A program made the translations under genes and the position numbers. A DNA stretch of 64,000 bases from positions 404 through 64,403 of the forward strand of contig JBMOEX010000001.1 of assembly GCA_049314535.1 (NCBI GenBank), in the 5' to 3' direction. The notes beneath the pieces were generated by a model, which searched no databases, was not told the DNA's origin, and saw only the letters and a list, made by a program, of their open reading frames with translations. This stretch comes from Vampirovibrionia bacterium (GTDB taxonomy: Bacteria; Cyanobacteriota; Vampirovibrionia; LMEP-6097). Below, piece after piece: positions 27,582-37,682 of the stretch (position 1 is the stretch's first letter; each line of letters starts with the position of its first letter).

Positions 27582-29582
27582 ATGAAGAAAGTCCCCTCTA
27601 CTTTACCTCTAGTTGTTTTAGTGCTGTTCCTATCTCTCTTTGTCATGAGTTTGATGGGACAGGATAATAAAAGAAGAATCCTGAGCTACAGCGATTTTAT
27701 TAAGCGAGTTTTACCTAACGATGGTTCGTCTAGTCCTATATATAGAGTCATTTTGACTAATGGCGATGATATAGCTAAGATCGAGGATAAAAATGGTGAG
27801 ATCTACTACGCTCGTATTCCAGCAAGTTTACTAGGTGCTAATCAAGATTTAGCTGATAGGCTCGTTAATCATGACATCGAGGTAGATGTTAAAGCCCAGT
27901 CTAACGAAGGTTTCTGGATAAATATTATTTCTAATTTTATTATTCCAGTAGGTTTATTTGCATTCTTTATATTTATGCTCAGAAACGCTGGTGGCGGCGG
28001 TCCTATGTCTTTCGGAAAGAGCAGGGCGAAGATGATGACTAAAGACATTAATGTCAGCTTTGATGATGTCGCTGGTATTAGTGAAAGTAAAAGAGAATTA
28101 GAAGAGATAGTAGATTTTCTGAAAAGTACAGATAAATACAAGGCTCTGGGGGCTAAGGTGCCGAAGGGGGTTTTGCTGGTAGGTCCACCTGGTTGTGGTA
28201 AAACTTTACTTGCAAAAGCGGTAGCTGGTGAGGCTGGAGTGCCTTTCTTTAGTATCAGTGGCTCTGATTTCGTCGAGATGTTCGTCGGGGTAGGAGCTAG
28301 TAGAGTTAGAGATCTTTTCGAGCAGGCTAAGAAAAATGCACCATGTATCATTTTTATAGATGAGATAGATGCAGTCGGTAGGCAGCGTAGCGGTATGTCT
28401 GGTGGCGGAAATGATGAGCGTGAGCAGACTTTAAACCAGTTATTAGTAGAGATGGATGGCTTTCAACCTAACTCTGGAATTATTGTTTTAGCTGCGACGA
28501 ATAGACCAGATGTCTTGGATAAGGCATTATTAAGACCAGGTAGATTTGATAGGAAAGTAGTTATAGATACTCCAGATTTAGCTGGCAGAAAGCAGATCTT
28601 AGATGTTCACGCCAGAGGCAAGCCTATGGCAGCTGACATAGATCTAAAAGTTATAGCGAAAAGAACACCAGGTTTCAGTGGTGCAGATTTAATGAATTTG
28701 GTAAATGAATCAGCGATACTGGCTGCAAGGGATACTGCTAAAGAGATTCAGGTTAAACACATAGAAGAAGCTATAGATAAGGTTGCTATTGGTCCAGAGA
28801 AACGCAGTAAAATCATTAAGCCTAAAGATCAGTTAAATACTGCGATTCATGAAATAGGTCATACGATAATTAGTATTTTTAAAGAATCTAATAATGAATT
28901 TCATAAAGTAACTATTATCCCAAGAGGTATGGCATTAGGTTTGACTTGGTCTACTGAAGAGGAATATAAAGTATCGGCTTCTGAAAAGCATTTAAAGACA
29001 GAGATGATGGTGCTTTTAGGTGGCAGAGTGGCAGAGGAGATAACTTTCGGTAAGGAAAATATTACTACTGGCGCGTCTAATGATATGGAAAGATGCACTG
29101 CTATTGCAAGAGCGATGATCACTCGTTATGGAATGAATAGTAATTTAGGCATAGTCACTTATGGTGATAATGAATCTAATCCTTATCTGTCTCAGAGCTC
29201 TTATATGCAGAACTATAGTGATGAGTTTGCTAAAAAAATCGATGAGGAAGTTAAGGATTTAATACAGACTATGTACACGGAGGTAAAGACTCTCTTAAAT
29301 GAAAAGAAAACTCTTTTACTAGGCTTATCTCAGGAGCTTTTAAGAAGAGAGACTTTAGATAAAGAACAAGTTTTCTTAACTATAGAGCAGATACAGAAAG
29401 GCGAATATGAAATCTTAAGTTTAGAGGAGATGGAAAAAATCGCTACTTCTAGAATGCCAGAGCGTGTTGAAACTATGATACGTGAAGAAGAAGCTCAGAG
29501 ACGTGATGAGCGTGAGAGATTAAGAAAAGAAGAGAACGAGGAAAAGCGTGAAGACACTAGAGATAAAGATGAAGAAGCTTAG
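27582..29582 (+). CDS. ftsH: ATP-dependent zinc metalloprotease FtsH
   Basis: 666 aa, N-terminal TM segments, AAA Walker A GPPGCGKT, zinc site HEIGHTI, charged C-terminal tail. Confidence 0.9.
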   Translation: MKKVPSTLPLVVLVLFLSLFVMSLMGQDNKRRILSYSDFIKRVLPNDGSSSPIYRVILTNGDDIAKIEDKNGEIYYARIPASLLGANQDLADRLVNHDIEVDVKAQSNEGFWINIISNFIIPVGLFAFFIFMLRNAGGGGPMSFGKSRAKMMTKDINVSFDDVAGISESKRELEEIVDFLKSTDKYKALGAKVPKGVLLVGPPGCGKTLLAKAVAGEAGVPFFSISGSDFVEMFVGVGASRVRDLFEQAKKNAPCIIFIDEIDAVGRQRSGMSGGGNDEREQTLNQLLVEMDGFQPNSGIIVLAATNRPDVLDKALLRPGRFDRKVVIDTPDLAGRKQILDVHARGKPMAADIDLKVIAKRTPGFSGADLMNLVNESAILAARDTAKEIQVKHIEEAIDKVAIGPEKRSKIIKPKDQLNTAIHEIGHTIISIFKESNNEFHKVTIIPRGMALGLTWSTEEEYKVSASEKHLKTEMMVLLGGRVAEEITFGKENITTGASNDMERCTAIARAMITRYGMNSNLGIVTYGDNESNPYLSQSSYMQNYSDEFAKKIDEEVKDLIQTMYTEVKTLLNEKKTLLLGLSQELLRRETLDKEQVFLTIEQIQKGEYEILSLEEMEKIATSRMPERVETMIREEEAQRRDERERLRKEENEEKREDTRDKDEEA

Positions 29583-32500
29583 TACTAATGAGATTCGCAG
29601 AGCTTGGATAAATTTTTTTGAAAAAGACTGTGGTCTAGAGCATAAGTTTTACAAAAGTGCTTCTTTAGTACCTGATAATCCTACTCTGCTTTTAAACTCT
29701 GCTGGTATGGTACCTTTCATCCCATACTTTATAGGAGCGACTAAAAGACCAGAGCCACCGAGGGCTGTAAGTATACAGAAGTGTGCTCGTGTCGGTGGTA
29801 AAGACAGCGATTTAAGTAATATCGGTTATACGCAGAGGCATCATAGTTTTTTTGAGATGTTGGGGAATTTTTCTTTTGGTAATTACTTTAAACAAGAAGT
29901 TATTCCTATGGCTTGGAAATTCGTTACTGAAGTTTTAGGACTTCCATCTGAAAAGCTTTATGTATCAGTTTTTGAAGGTGATGATACTAGACCTTTTGAT
30001 GAAGAATCTTATAATCTTTGGGCTGATATTTTTAAAAATGTCTATCCTGAAAAAGAAATCGCTGAGCATATTTGGAAGTTAACAGCGAAGGATAATTTTT
30101 GGGGACCGCCAGGTCCTACTGGTCCATGCGGTCCTTGTAGTGAAATTTATTATGATCTTGGGGAGCATATTCTAGATAAGGATGATAGATATATAGAGAT
30201 CTGGAATCTAGTGTTTATGCAGTTTGAAAAGCTAGATGACGGCAGCTTAAAGCCTCTGGAGCATAAGAATATAGATACTGGTGCTGGTTTAGAGCGTATA
30301 GCGATGGTTTTGCAGGGTGTTAATAATACTTTTGAAATAGATGAGCTTGCGGAGCTGGTTTCTGCGACGAAGGCTGAGGTTTTTAAAGGTGCGGTTGGGG
30401 CTGTTGTTGGTGAGGCTGTTAATCAAAATGCAGAAATAGCAGTTCAGCAGCAGTCTCATGAGGCATATTTTAAAATTATCGTAGATCACTTACGCTGTGC
30501 ATGCTTTTTAATAGCTGATGGTGTTAGACCTAGTAATGTGAGTAGAGGTTATGTGCTTAGAATGTTGATTAGAAGAGCGGCACGCTTTTTGCATAAACTA
30601 GGTTGTAATTCTGAACCGCTTTTATATAAGTTATCAGAGAAGGCTGTAGATATTTATGGAGCTTTTTATGATGAGCTGGTTTCGAGTAAAGAGCTTATAG
30701 CAAGCGTGCTTAGAAAAGAGGAAGAGCTTTTTGCTAAGACGGTTGAGAATGGGTTAGAAAAAATAGATTTGCTCATTATTCGGACTATTGATCAGAAAAT
30801 TACAAATATTTCTGTAGGTAAGAAAGTCGTTGAAGGTGAGATAGTTGATCCTTCACCTCGGCAAAACAGGATGGCTTTGCAGTATGAGACGTTCCTTGAA
30901 GAAAGAGAGATTGTTTGTAAGCTTTCAGGTGATCTTTTGTTTAATATATATTCAACTTATGGCTTACCGATTGAAATAATAGAGGACCAAGTAGATTCTT
31001 GGAATAAATGTTTAAATTATGAAGGTGAACTTGACGACGCTCCAGAATTTAAAGATATTTCAGAGTTTGTGCACGAAGCTATAAGGGGTGATCGCGGAGC
31101 GCTAAAAAGCTTTGGCTCTAAAAAATTTACACTCAAAATCGATTATGAAGGCTACGAAAAAGCTCGTGAAGAGCATTCTAAAGCTTCTTCTACTTCTGCC
31201 TTTAACGTCTCCGTAACTTCAGAAAAATCACTATCACAGCTTTTACAGGCTTATCCTAAGACAGAGTTTTTAGGTTACGCTCAGGAAGAGACTGAAGCTG
31301 AGATTTTAATGATTTTAGATAAGGATAAAAATCCTATTTCTGAAATTAATTTCTCGGATATTTTAGCTCAGGGAAATTCTAATTCAAGTTCAGAAAAACT
31401 TGTTTCTGTTGAAACTAAATTAGAGACCGCAAGTGGACTTGTGCAGCGGTCTCCTGAAGATTATTACGAATTTTTTCTTTTACTGAATAAGACTACTTTT
31501 TATGCTGAGTCTGGTGGTCAAGTATCTGATTCAGGATATATTATTAAAGACCTTGCAGCGAATACTTTACTTGGGCAGAGTGGTTTAAAGACGGAGACCG
31601 AAAATGAAGCGATGCAACAGTCTCAGATCCAGTTTCCAGATGATAATCTGAAAATTAATATCTCACATAATTTACTTTTTAGTGTGAAAGATGTAAAAGC
31701 CATAGATGGTCGTATCTTACATAAACTAGTCATAGAGCTGCCTTGTGATTCTATTTCTAAAGACACGCAGGCAGTTTTAAAAACTGGTGATTTGATTAAA
31801 GCGCAGGTAAATTCTAAACAGCGCCTGCTTACTAAGTTTCATCATAGCTCTTGTCATTTACTGCAAGCTGCTTTAAGGAAGGTGTTAGGAAATACAGTTA
31901 CTCAAGCGGGTTCTCTAGTCTCTGCGGAATATACACGTTTTGATTTCAACTATGAATCAGCTCTTAGTAAAGAGCAGTTAAATGTTGTGGAAAAACAGAT
32001 GAATGATTGGGTGAAGGCTGCTTTGCCTGTAACTACTATAGAGACTAGCTTTGATGAGGCTGTTAAATTAGGAGCTTTAGCATTTTTTGAAGATAAGTAT
32101 GAAGATAATGTCAGAGTCTTGAAAATAGCGAATGAATCGGAAGTGGCTTCAGTAGAACTCTGTGGCGGAACGCATGTGTCAAATACAGCCGAAATAGCTC
32201 AAGTGAAAATAGCTAGTGAGTCTTCAGTTGCTAGTGGAGTTAGACGTATAAAACTCTTTGTAAATGAGTGTGCTGAAAGATTTATTAAGGAAGAGCAGTT
32301 AAAGCAGTCTGATATAGAAGAACTAGAGAAGCGTAAAGAGCTTGAAAAGCAGTTAGAGAATGAGAAAAAAGCAGAAAAGTTACGCCTGCTAAATGCTAAA
32401 ACAGATGAGTTTTTAAAACTGGCGTTTGAAAAAGACGGGAGAACCTTTATTATTGCTGATCTTAATCAAATTGTTGATTTTACACTAGAAGCTGATGTCT

Positions 32501-32793
32501 TGAAAGACTTTGCTACTAATCTGAAGGAAAGTTTAGAAGCGAAAGGCCTTTTAATATGGCTTTTCTTTATTGGGGCTTTTGATGAAAAGGTAACGATTCT
32601 AGGGGCTTGTTCTAAATCTCTTGCTGAGATTGATAAATTTAAAGTTAACAATCTAATTAAATCTGCGGCTAATATTTGTGGCGGTGGCGGTGGTGGTCGC
32701 CCTGATTTCGCTCAGGCGGGTGCTAAAAATATAGCTAAAATTCCAGAAGCTCTAGCCATGATTAAAGACACAGTGCTAGAAGGTGTTCGATAA
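29569..32793 (+). CDS. alaS: alanine--tRNA ligase (expanded, about 1070 aa)
   Basis: Start placed at [19 protein letters not shown], which aligns with the canonical AlaS N-terminus. Editing-domain zinc motifs (..HSSCHLL.., ..CGGTHV..) and a C-terminal DHHA1-like GGGGGRPDFAQAGA are present. A large lineage-specific insertion holds two repeat copies. Confidence 0.9.
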   Translation: MKKLSTNEIRRAWINFFEKDCGLEHKFYKSASLVPDNPTLLLNSAGMVPFIPYFIGATKRPEPPRAVSIQKCARVGGKDSDLSNIGYTQRHHSFFEMLGNFSFGNYFKQEVIPMAWKFVTEVLGLPSEKLYVSVFEGDDTRPFDEESYNLWADIFKNVYPEKEIAEHIWKLTAKDNFWGPPGPTGPCGPCSEIYYDLGEHILDKDDRYIEIWNLVFMQFEKLDDGSLKPLEHKNIDTGAGLERIAMVLQGVNNTFEIDELAELVSATKAEVFKGAVGAVVGEAVNQNAEIAVQQQSHEAYFKIIVDHLRCACFLIADGVRPSNVSRGYVLRMLIRRAARFLHKLGCNSEPLLYKLSEKAVDIYGAFYDELVSSKELIASVLRKEEELFAKTVENGLEKIDLLIIRTIDQKITNISVGKKVVEGEIVDPSPRQNRMALQYETFLEEREIVCKLSGDLLFNIYSTYGLPIEIIEDQVDSWNKCLNYEGELDDAPEFKDISEFVHEAIRGDRGALKSFGSKKFTLKIDYEGYEKAREEHSKASSTSAFNVSVTSEKSLSQLLQAYPKTEFLGYAQEETEAEILMILDKDKNPISEINFSDILAQGNSNSSSEKLVSVETKLETASGLVQRSPEDYYEFFLLLNKTTFYAESGGQVSDSGYIIKDLAANTLLGQSGLKTETENEAMQQSQIQFPDDNLKINISHNLLFSVKDVKAIDGRILHKLVIELPCDSISKDTQAVLKTGDLIKAQVNSKQRLLTKFHHSSCHLLQAALRKVLGNTVTQAGSLVSAEYTRFDFNYESALSKEQLNVVEKQMNDWVKAALPVTTIETSFDEAVKLGALAFFEDKYEDNVRVLKIANESEVASVELCGGTHVSNTAEIAQVKIASESSVASGVRRIKLFVNECAERFIKEEQLKQSDIEELEKRKELEKQLENEKKAEKLRLLNAKTDEFLKLAFEKDGRTFIIADLNQIVDFTLEADVLKDFATNLKESLEAKGLLIWLFFIGAFDEKVTILGACSKSLAEIDKFKVNNLIKSAANICGGGGGGRPDFAQAGAKNIAKIPEALAMIKDTVLEGVR
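31423..31453. repeat. 31-nt palindromic element copy inside alaS (in-frame)
   Basis: gagaccgc-aagtggacttgtgca-gcggtctc. Its right arm is identical to the right arm of the 23595 copy. Confidence 0.6.
31594..31624. repeat. 31-nt palindromic element copy inside alaS (in-frame)
   Basis: gagaccg-aaaatgaagcgatgcaa-cagtctc. Confidence 0.5.
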
Positions 32794-33522
32794 TTGCAGT
32801 TTTTAGGATTATGCTTTTTAAATTTTTATCTATCTTTAAAACAGATAGTTGCATTTAGGGTAGAAAAGACAGAATTAGTTAGACAGTTAGTTTTTATTGC
32901 TTATGAATCATTACCGATGATTCTTGTTTTAACTTGTGTAAGTAGCTTAATTATTACGGTTAATACGGCTACAGAGCTTATTAAATATGGTGGTCGGGAG
33001 CTCATCGGGGCTGCTATAACTTTAAGTAATTTACAGGAAATTACACCGATATTTATCGCTTTTGCAATTACGGCACGTTGTGGGACTGCTTTCACTGCTG
33101 AAATAGCTACTATGAAAATCAGTGATCAATTAGATGCTCTTAAAATTATGAAGATAGACCAGTTGTATTACTTAATGACTCCTAAGCTACTTGCGATTAT
33201 TTTACTTACCCCCTTCGTTTTAGCGATTTCTGCACTAGTTAGCATGGTCTCTGGCATGTTAATGGCTAATTATGCTATCAAGTTAGAGTATTTTGAGTTT
33301 TTAGACTCAGCGTGGAGGTATGCGAGCCTTAAGGAGTATTTTTATCCTTTAATTAAAGCTGAGATATTTAATATTTATACTGTTATTGTCTGTGTTACCT
33401 GTGCACTTACTGCTGGTGATTCATCGAAGGATGTAGGTATAGCTACTAGCCGTGCTTCTACTGCTGTTTTGATTGGAGTTGTTATCATTAATGGTTTCTT
33501 GACTCCGATTATGTATCACTAG
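32794..33522 (+). CDS. MlaE/Ttg2B-family ABC transporter permease
   Basis: 242 aa, with 5-6 TM segments. ..ITARCGTAFTAEIATMKISDQLDALKIMKID.. and a C-terminal ..GDSSKDVGIATSRASTAVLIGVVIINGF.. are typical of MlaE. Confidence 0.6.
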   Translation: MQFLGLCFLNFYLSLKQIVAFRVEKTELVRQLVFIAYESLPMILVLTCVSSLIITVNTATELIKYGGRELIGAAITLSNLQEITPIFIAFAITARCGTAFTAEIATMKISDQLDALKIMKIDQLYYLMTPKLLAIILLTPFVLAISALVSMVSGMLMANYAIKLEYFEFLDSAWRYASLKEYFYPLIKAEIFNIYTVIVCVTCALTAGDSSKDVGIATSRASTAVLIGVVIINGFLTPIMYH

Positions 33523-33783
33523 GTTAGTTATTCTTGAAAATATTGTTTTTAATTCTGGTGAATCATCATTTTGAATAATTCGAGGATTATTTTAAATATT
33601 TCCCCAAATCTTAACCACTCATTAATAAAAAATACGAATTATCTTTAATAGTATGGCCCCATTTCTTGATTTTCATATTCATTTTCATGTTCTTAGATGA
33701 AGAATCTAGACCATGGAATATTGGCATATGAATTATTAAGTCTTGAAGATCTGTTATACGAAAAACAGAAAAGATAGGAGACA

Positions 33784-34146
33784 GTGGAAAGTAGAGAAGC
33801 AATAAAGTCATCATTAAAGGTCCAGCTTGATAAATACAGCAGGATGGTTCCCGTATTGTCTGGCATTATTTTTATTCTATGTTCTGCGGTTCTTTTAATT
33901 TTGAGACTTTTTTCATCGGAAGCAGACGTTGATGTCATAGCATTAGTCGCAGATACGCTTACTGTTGCTAGCATCATTGCGTTTATATCCTTTTTTATCT
34001 TACGGCTGCTTGTTGAGAATGTGCAGAGAGCACATGTCAAGAGCTTTGCTAAAAAGAGAGAATTAAGGTTACAGCGCAGAGAAGAGGAGCTTGCGATGAG
34101 ATACAAAAAACTTCAAACATTTGATCAATCAAGTTTGAAAAAATAA
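33784..34146 (+). CDS. small two-TM membrane protein with a basic coiled C-terminus (GTG start), upstream of the sigma factor
   Basis: 120 aa. AGGAG lies 7 nt upstream of the GTG. Two hydrophobic helices precede a KR-rich tail. It overlaps a lower-quality antisense ORF. Confidence 0.3.
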   Translation: MESREAIKSSLKVQLDKYSRMVPVLSGIIFILCSAVLLILRLFSSEADVDVIALVADTLTVASIIAFISFFILRLLVENVQRAHVKSFAKKRELRLQRREEELAMRYKKLQTFDQSSLKK

Positions 34147-34160
34147 GGCGGCAATAATTT

Positions 34161-35024
34161 ATGGTAACTAGCTCATCGCAATCTAATTCAAAGGGGTCTA
34201 CGGAGTCAAAAAAAGAATTACTTATATCTCATCCTTTGCAATTAAATCTTAAAAGCGTTGAAAGAAAAGCTGAGAACACAAGGCTATGGGCAAGATATAA
34301 CCAAGTTAATAAAAAAACTGAACTTAGAGAACAGTTAATTATTAGGTATGCTCATCTGGTAAATTGGGTAGTCGGTAGGTTCCCTCAATTAGAGACAGCT
34401 GATTTTGATAAAGAGGATTTAATGGGTTACGGGACTATTGGTCTTATTGAGGCTATAGATCGCTTTGATAATACTAAAGACTGTTCATTTGAGACTTTCG
34501 CTACTAATAGAATTCGTGGAGCGATTCTTGATTTTTTAAGATCTAGAGATTTTCTTTCACGAAACAGTCGAGAGAGAGTAAAGAGATTTAATCAGAGATT
34601 AGCAGAGTTGGAGTCACGTTTAGGCTATACTCCGACGGATGAAGAGATAAAAAAACATTTAACTATAGAAAATGAAGAATTAAGAGTACTTCAACAAGAA
34701 TCTAGTGCTGTAATATTCTCATTAGATGCTCAAGAAAATGGTAATTCATCAGAAGAGTCATCTGTGGCTTTAGTGGACAAAATGCCTTCTAAAGCTGAGG
34801 CTACTGAGGATTATGCTGAGTCCAATCTTGTGAGAGACAAGCTTGCTGCGGCAATAGATAGTCTAAAAGAAAGAGAGAGGCTAATAATTTCTCTGTATCA
34901 TTATGAGAAATTAACTTTTAAGGAGATAGGAACTATACTAGATATTTCAGAATCTAGAGCAAGTCAGCTCCACCAGAAGTCTTTACAGAAATTAAGAACC
35001 ATTATGAAAGATTTCGTTATTTAA
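34161..35024 (+). CDS. group-3 sigma-70 family factor (FliA/WhiG/SigF-like)
   Basis: 287 aa. Region 2 ..DLMGYGTIGLIEAIDRFD.. . Region 4 HTH ..LTFKEIGTILDISESRASQLHQKSLQKLR.. . Confidence 0.8.
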   Translation: MVTSSSQSNSKGSTESKKELLISHPLQLNLKSVERKAENTRLWARYNQVNKKTELREQLIIRYAHLVNWVVGRFPQLETADFDKEDLMGYGTIGLIEAIDRFDNTKDCSFETFATNRIRGAILDFLRSRDFLSRNSRERVKRFNQRLAELESRLGYTPTDEEIKKHLTIENEELRVLQQESSAVIFSLDAQENGNSSEESSVALVDKMPSKAEATEDYAESNLVRDKLAAAIDSLKERERLIISLYHYEKLTFKEIGTILDISESRASQLHQKSLQKLRTIMKDFVI

Positions 35025-36132
35025 CGAAAAAGGATCTAATATCATTAATAGTGGTTATCGCCATTAAACTTAGAAGGAATATAAAACCTGCTTGTACTAA
35101 GCCATCCTGAAGTTTAGTCGAAGGCTTTTTCTTAAATATGGCTTCATAGCCTAGAAATAGAAGATGACCACCATCTAAAGCTGGTATCGGTAATAGGTTT
35201 ATAACTGCAAGATTTAAGCTCAAGAGGAAAGCAAACTCGAGTATCATCCAAAGGTTATGTTTTATATCTTGAGTGATTAACTGAACTATACCTACTATCC
35301 CTTTTACGTCACCTAAACTTGCTGTAGCGAAATCTAAGTGAAGACCAAAGATACTCACTACTTTAGCGAGAAGAGAAGCTAAAATGGCAAAAACTGAAAA
35401 GATCATCATCACTGTGGCATTAACAGTGAATTTTAATCCTGAGAAAATAGCCATAAAAATATTTTCAGATTTCATATATTCTTTTTCATAACCGAGTTGT
35501 ACACCGATAACACCCTCTGAGTGAACCGAGTAAATTTTATCTTTATTAGCTACCTTGATTTGTATATCTTGATTTTTAAATTCTGCGATTTTACTTTGCA
35601 TCTGAGTGCCAGTATTTATCGCGATTCCGTTTATAGATAAGATTTTATCTCCAGCTTCTAGTCCAGCTATTTTAGCTGCGGAAGTATCACTGGTAAAACC
35701 TTTTATAACAGTACTCGGTACTATTTTGGGAAGACCAATGCTCATAGCCATGACTACAGCAAGTAAAAAGGCGAATATGATATTAAAAGCTACTCCAGCA
35801 ACGGCAACTACGGCTCGCGGTAATACTGGGAATTTACGAAAAGGTTTTAGATCATCTATTTCTTTAAGAGTTTCTTCACTGGTTTCATCGTGAGTTTCAG
35901 GTATCGCTACAAAGCCACCTATAAGCAGAAAATAAAAACGGAACCTAGTTCCCCATCTTTTACAGATCTCTATATATGGTCCAAAAGGCATGCCTATACC
36001 AAATATTGGTGTCTGGAAGCCATAAAATTTAGCTGCAAGAAAATGCCCGAATTCGTGTACTACTATAAGTAAAGTTATAATCAGTATGCTAAGCAGAACG
36101 AAAAGAAAGTCCATTAGAGCTAAGTTTATCAT
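35017..36132 (-). CDS. rseP: RseP-like site-2 protease (M50 family, with PDZ domain)
   Basis: 371 aa. HEFGHFLAAK HExxH motif in the first TM segment, a PDZ-like middle region, and a C-terminal ..LNLLPIPALDGGHL.. LDG motif. Confidence 0.8.
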   Translation of the reverse strand: MINLALMDFLFVLLSILIITLLIVVHEFGHFLAAKFYGFQTPIFGIGMPFGPYIEICKRWGTRFRFYFLLIGGFVAIPETHDETSEETLKEIDDLKPFRKFPVLPRAVVAVAGVAFNIIFAFLLAVVMAMSIGLPKIVPSTVIKGFTSDTSAAKIAGLEAGDKILSINGIAINTGTQMQSKIAEFKNQDIQIKVANKDKIYSVHSEGVIGVQLGYEKEYMKSENIFMAIFSGLKFTVNATVMMIFSVFAILASLLAKVVSIFGLHLDFATASLGDVKGIVGIVQLITQDIKHNLWMILEFAFLLSLNLAVINLLPIPALDGGHLLFLGYEAIFKKKPSTKLQDGLVQAGFIFLLSLMAITTINDIRSFFVK

Positions 36133-36205
36133 GGTGACCTAAGTGTGTCTCTTTAAGAATCTATTGAAAAATGCTTATAGTAGCATTTTTCGACAAGTAG
36201 CTAAA

Positions 36206-37276
36206 TTAGCGTGAAAAGCCTATGGATAAAAGCTTTTCAAAAAGTTTTTCGGGGCTTATTTTATTCATAGAGCCGTTATCTTTTTTGAAAGTTCTTTTAT
36301 GGCTAGCTTTGGTTTGATAGATTTCATCATAGCTAAGATAATCAAAGCTATATGGTCCAGAGCGTTTTGCGGAAGTTGGTCCATAGATTCCAATTATTTG
36401 TGCAGAGTCTGAATTATAGAGAGCATCTGCAGCTAGGTGTAGTGGACCAGTATCTACTCCTAATATTAAATCAGCATCCTTGAAGAACATTCTCAGACCA
36501 ATAAGGCCTTTATCTAGAACTAATGTGCATTTTTGATAATTATGCGGTAATAAATCATGGGTAATAGATTCTAAATAGGCTTTATCAGAAAGAGTGCCCG
36601 TGAGATAAAATTTAGCTGCTGGAAATTCTACGCTGATTTTCTCTATGATGCTTACCCAGTGGTTTTTTGGCCAGAACTTAGTTTCCCAAGTCGTGCAGGG
36701 GATGAGCACTACTTTTCGTAAAGGGATATTTTTAGCAGAGCGTAAAATCTTTTTAGGTTTATATGCTTCTGGAATTTTACCTTGAAAAAACTCATGAAAA
36801 AAAAATTCGCTGAGAAAAAAATTCGCTAATTTAAAATTATGCTCAACTACATGAAAATTCTTATCCCAAATAGAATGCTGTCTTAATTTCATATCATAAA
36901 GTAATCCAGCTATTTTCTCACGAGGTTCTGCAAAGCCTACTCTTCTTTCAGCAAGAGAGAATAAACTGATAAAACTAGTTTTAAGCAGTCCCTGAAAATC
37001 GATGACATAGTCATATTTTTCTTTAATAAGATCTCCCAGAGTGTTGATTATGCTGCTGAACTTTTTATCTTTCAGAGTATGAATTTTATTTATAAAACTA
37101 AGCTCTAGTAAGAGGTCTTGAAATTTTTCATAAATTAGAAAATCTATAGAGTAATCTAATTCATTAGCTTCTAGATTTGCATTTATATATTTTAGTGCAG
37201 GGAAACTGTGAACGATGTCTCCAAGAGCACTTAAACGAATAATAAGTATTTTAAATTTAGTCTTTTTTTTAAGTAT
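36206..37276 (-). CDS. glycosyltransferase family 9 (LPS heptosyltransferase-like); start codon unresolved
   Basis: The frame is open from 37282 down to 36206. The conserved N-terminus ..KILIIRLSALGDIVHSFPALKYI.. lies upstream of the first ATG (36892). The C-terminus has ..LGVDTGPLHLAADAL..IYGPTS.. . No in-frame ATG, GTG or TTG occurs before 36892, so the 37276 end is a guess (ATA codon). Confidence 0.65.
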   Translation of the reverse strand: MLKKKTKFKILIIRLSALGDIVHSFPALKYINANLEANELDYSIDFLIYEKFQDLLLELSFINKIHTLKDKKFSSIINTLGDLIKEKYDYVIDFQGLLKTSFISLFSLAERRVGFAEPREKIAGLLYDMKLRQHSIWDKNFHVVEHNFKLANFFLSEFFFHEFFQGKIPEAYKPKKILRSAKNIPLRKVVLIPCTTWETKFWPKNHWVSIIEKISVEFPAAKFYLTGTLSDKAYLESITHDLLPHNYQKCTLVLDKGLIGLRMFFKDADLILGVDTGPLHLAADALYNSDSAQIIGIYGPTSAKRSGPYSFDYLSYDEIYQTKASHKRTFKKDNGSMNKISPEKLFEKLLSIGFSR

Positions 37277-37679
37277 TTTCGCTATAACCTATTACCACTG
37301 CTATACTCATGGTCTTTTCATGGCTGATGGATATATCCCATTTACTAAGACCTAATTTTTCTGCGACTTTAGCAGCGTTGTTAATTAGTTTGACATACGG
37401 AGCTGAGGAATTTTCGTATTTAAGAATTAATATGTCTTGAAAGCTAATCTCTTTTCCTATACCCGTGCCAAGTGCTTTAGCTACAGCTTCCTTTGCTGCA
37501 TATCTAGCTGCAATTCGATGATTGATAGAGGGTTTTAAATTTTTTTGATTTAAGCCAAATTCTAAATAGTCCTGTTCTTCTGTCGTGAGTATACGGGCGA
37601 TAAACTTCTTGCCGTAACGCCTGAGAATTTTTTCTATTCTTTTAGGGTCGCAGAGGTCTGTACCGATCTTAATAGTCAT
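37269..37679 (-). CDS. acpS: holo-[acyl-carrier-protein] synthase
   Basis: 136 aa. MTIKIGTDLCDPKRIEK.. and ..ISISHEKTMSIAVVI.. are the AcpS signature. Confidence 0.85.
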   Translation of the reverse strand: MTIKIGTDLCDPKRIEKILRRYGKKFIARILTTEEQDYLEFGLNQKNLKPSINHRIAARYAAKEAVAKALGTGIGKEISFQDILILKYENSSAPYVKLINNAAKVAEKLGLSKWDISISHEKTMSIAVVIGYSENT

Positions 37680-37682
37680 AGA

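Noticed and set aside
3190-28351. Multiple 60-160-aa antisense ORFs inside rluD, putA, the 14644 gene, ribBA, mutL, the speE-like gene, clpC, ftsH, alaS and others (e.g. 3190..3414, 7065..7382, 15066..15272, 17452..17906, 19247..19432, 20625..20834, 24178..24455, 25858..26127, 27869..28351)
   Set aside because: Each lies wholly within a larger, well-supported gene on the opposite strand and shows low-complexity translation. They are expected by chance in AT-rich DNA.
14776-31453. GGTCTC/GAGACC (BsaI/Eco31I-type) sites at element ends considered as synthetic Golden-Gate or cloning scars
   Set aside because: Arms extend 8-16 bp beyond the hexamer and differ between copies (GAGACCACTGCACAAC, GAGACTGTTTCCAA, GAGACCGC). 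Copies sit in-frame in native genes. This is consistent with natural inverted repeats, not engineered junctions.
33693-34106. 137-aa minus-strand ORF overlapping the small membrane-protein gene
   Set aside because: It is antisense to an ORF with a good RBS and TM-helix periodicity. Its translation is Ser/Leu-rich without structure. Only one of the pair can be real, and the plus-strand one fits the operon context.
36162-36187. Perfect 10-bp hairpin gaaaaatgct...agcatttttc downstream of the heptosyltransferase gene as a terminator
   Set aside because: There is no U-tract on either side. It may be a processing site or a chance match, so it is not called as a terminator.
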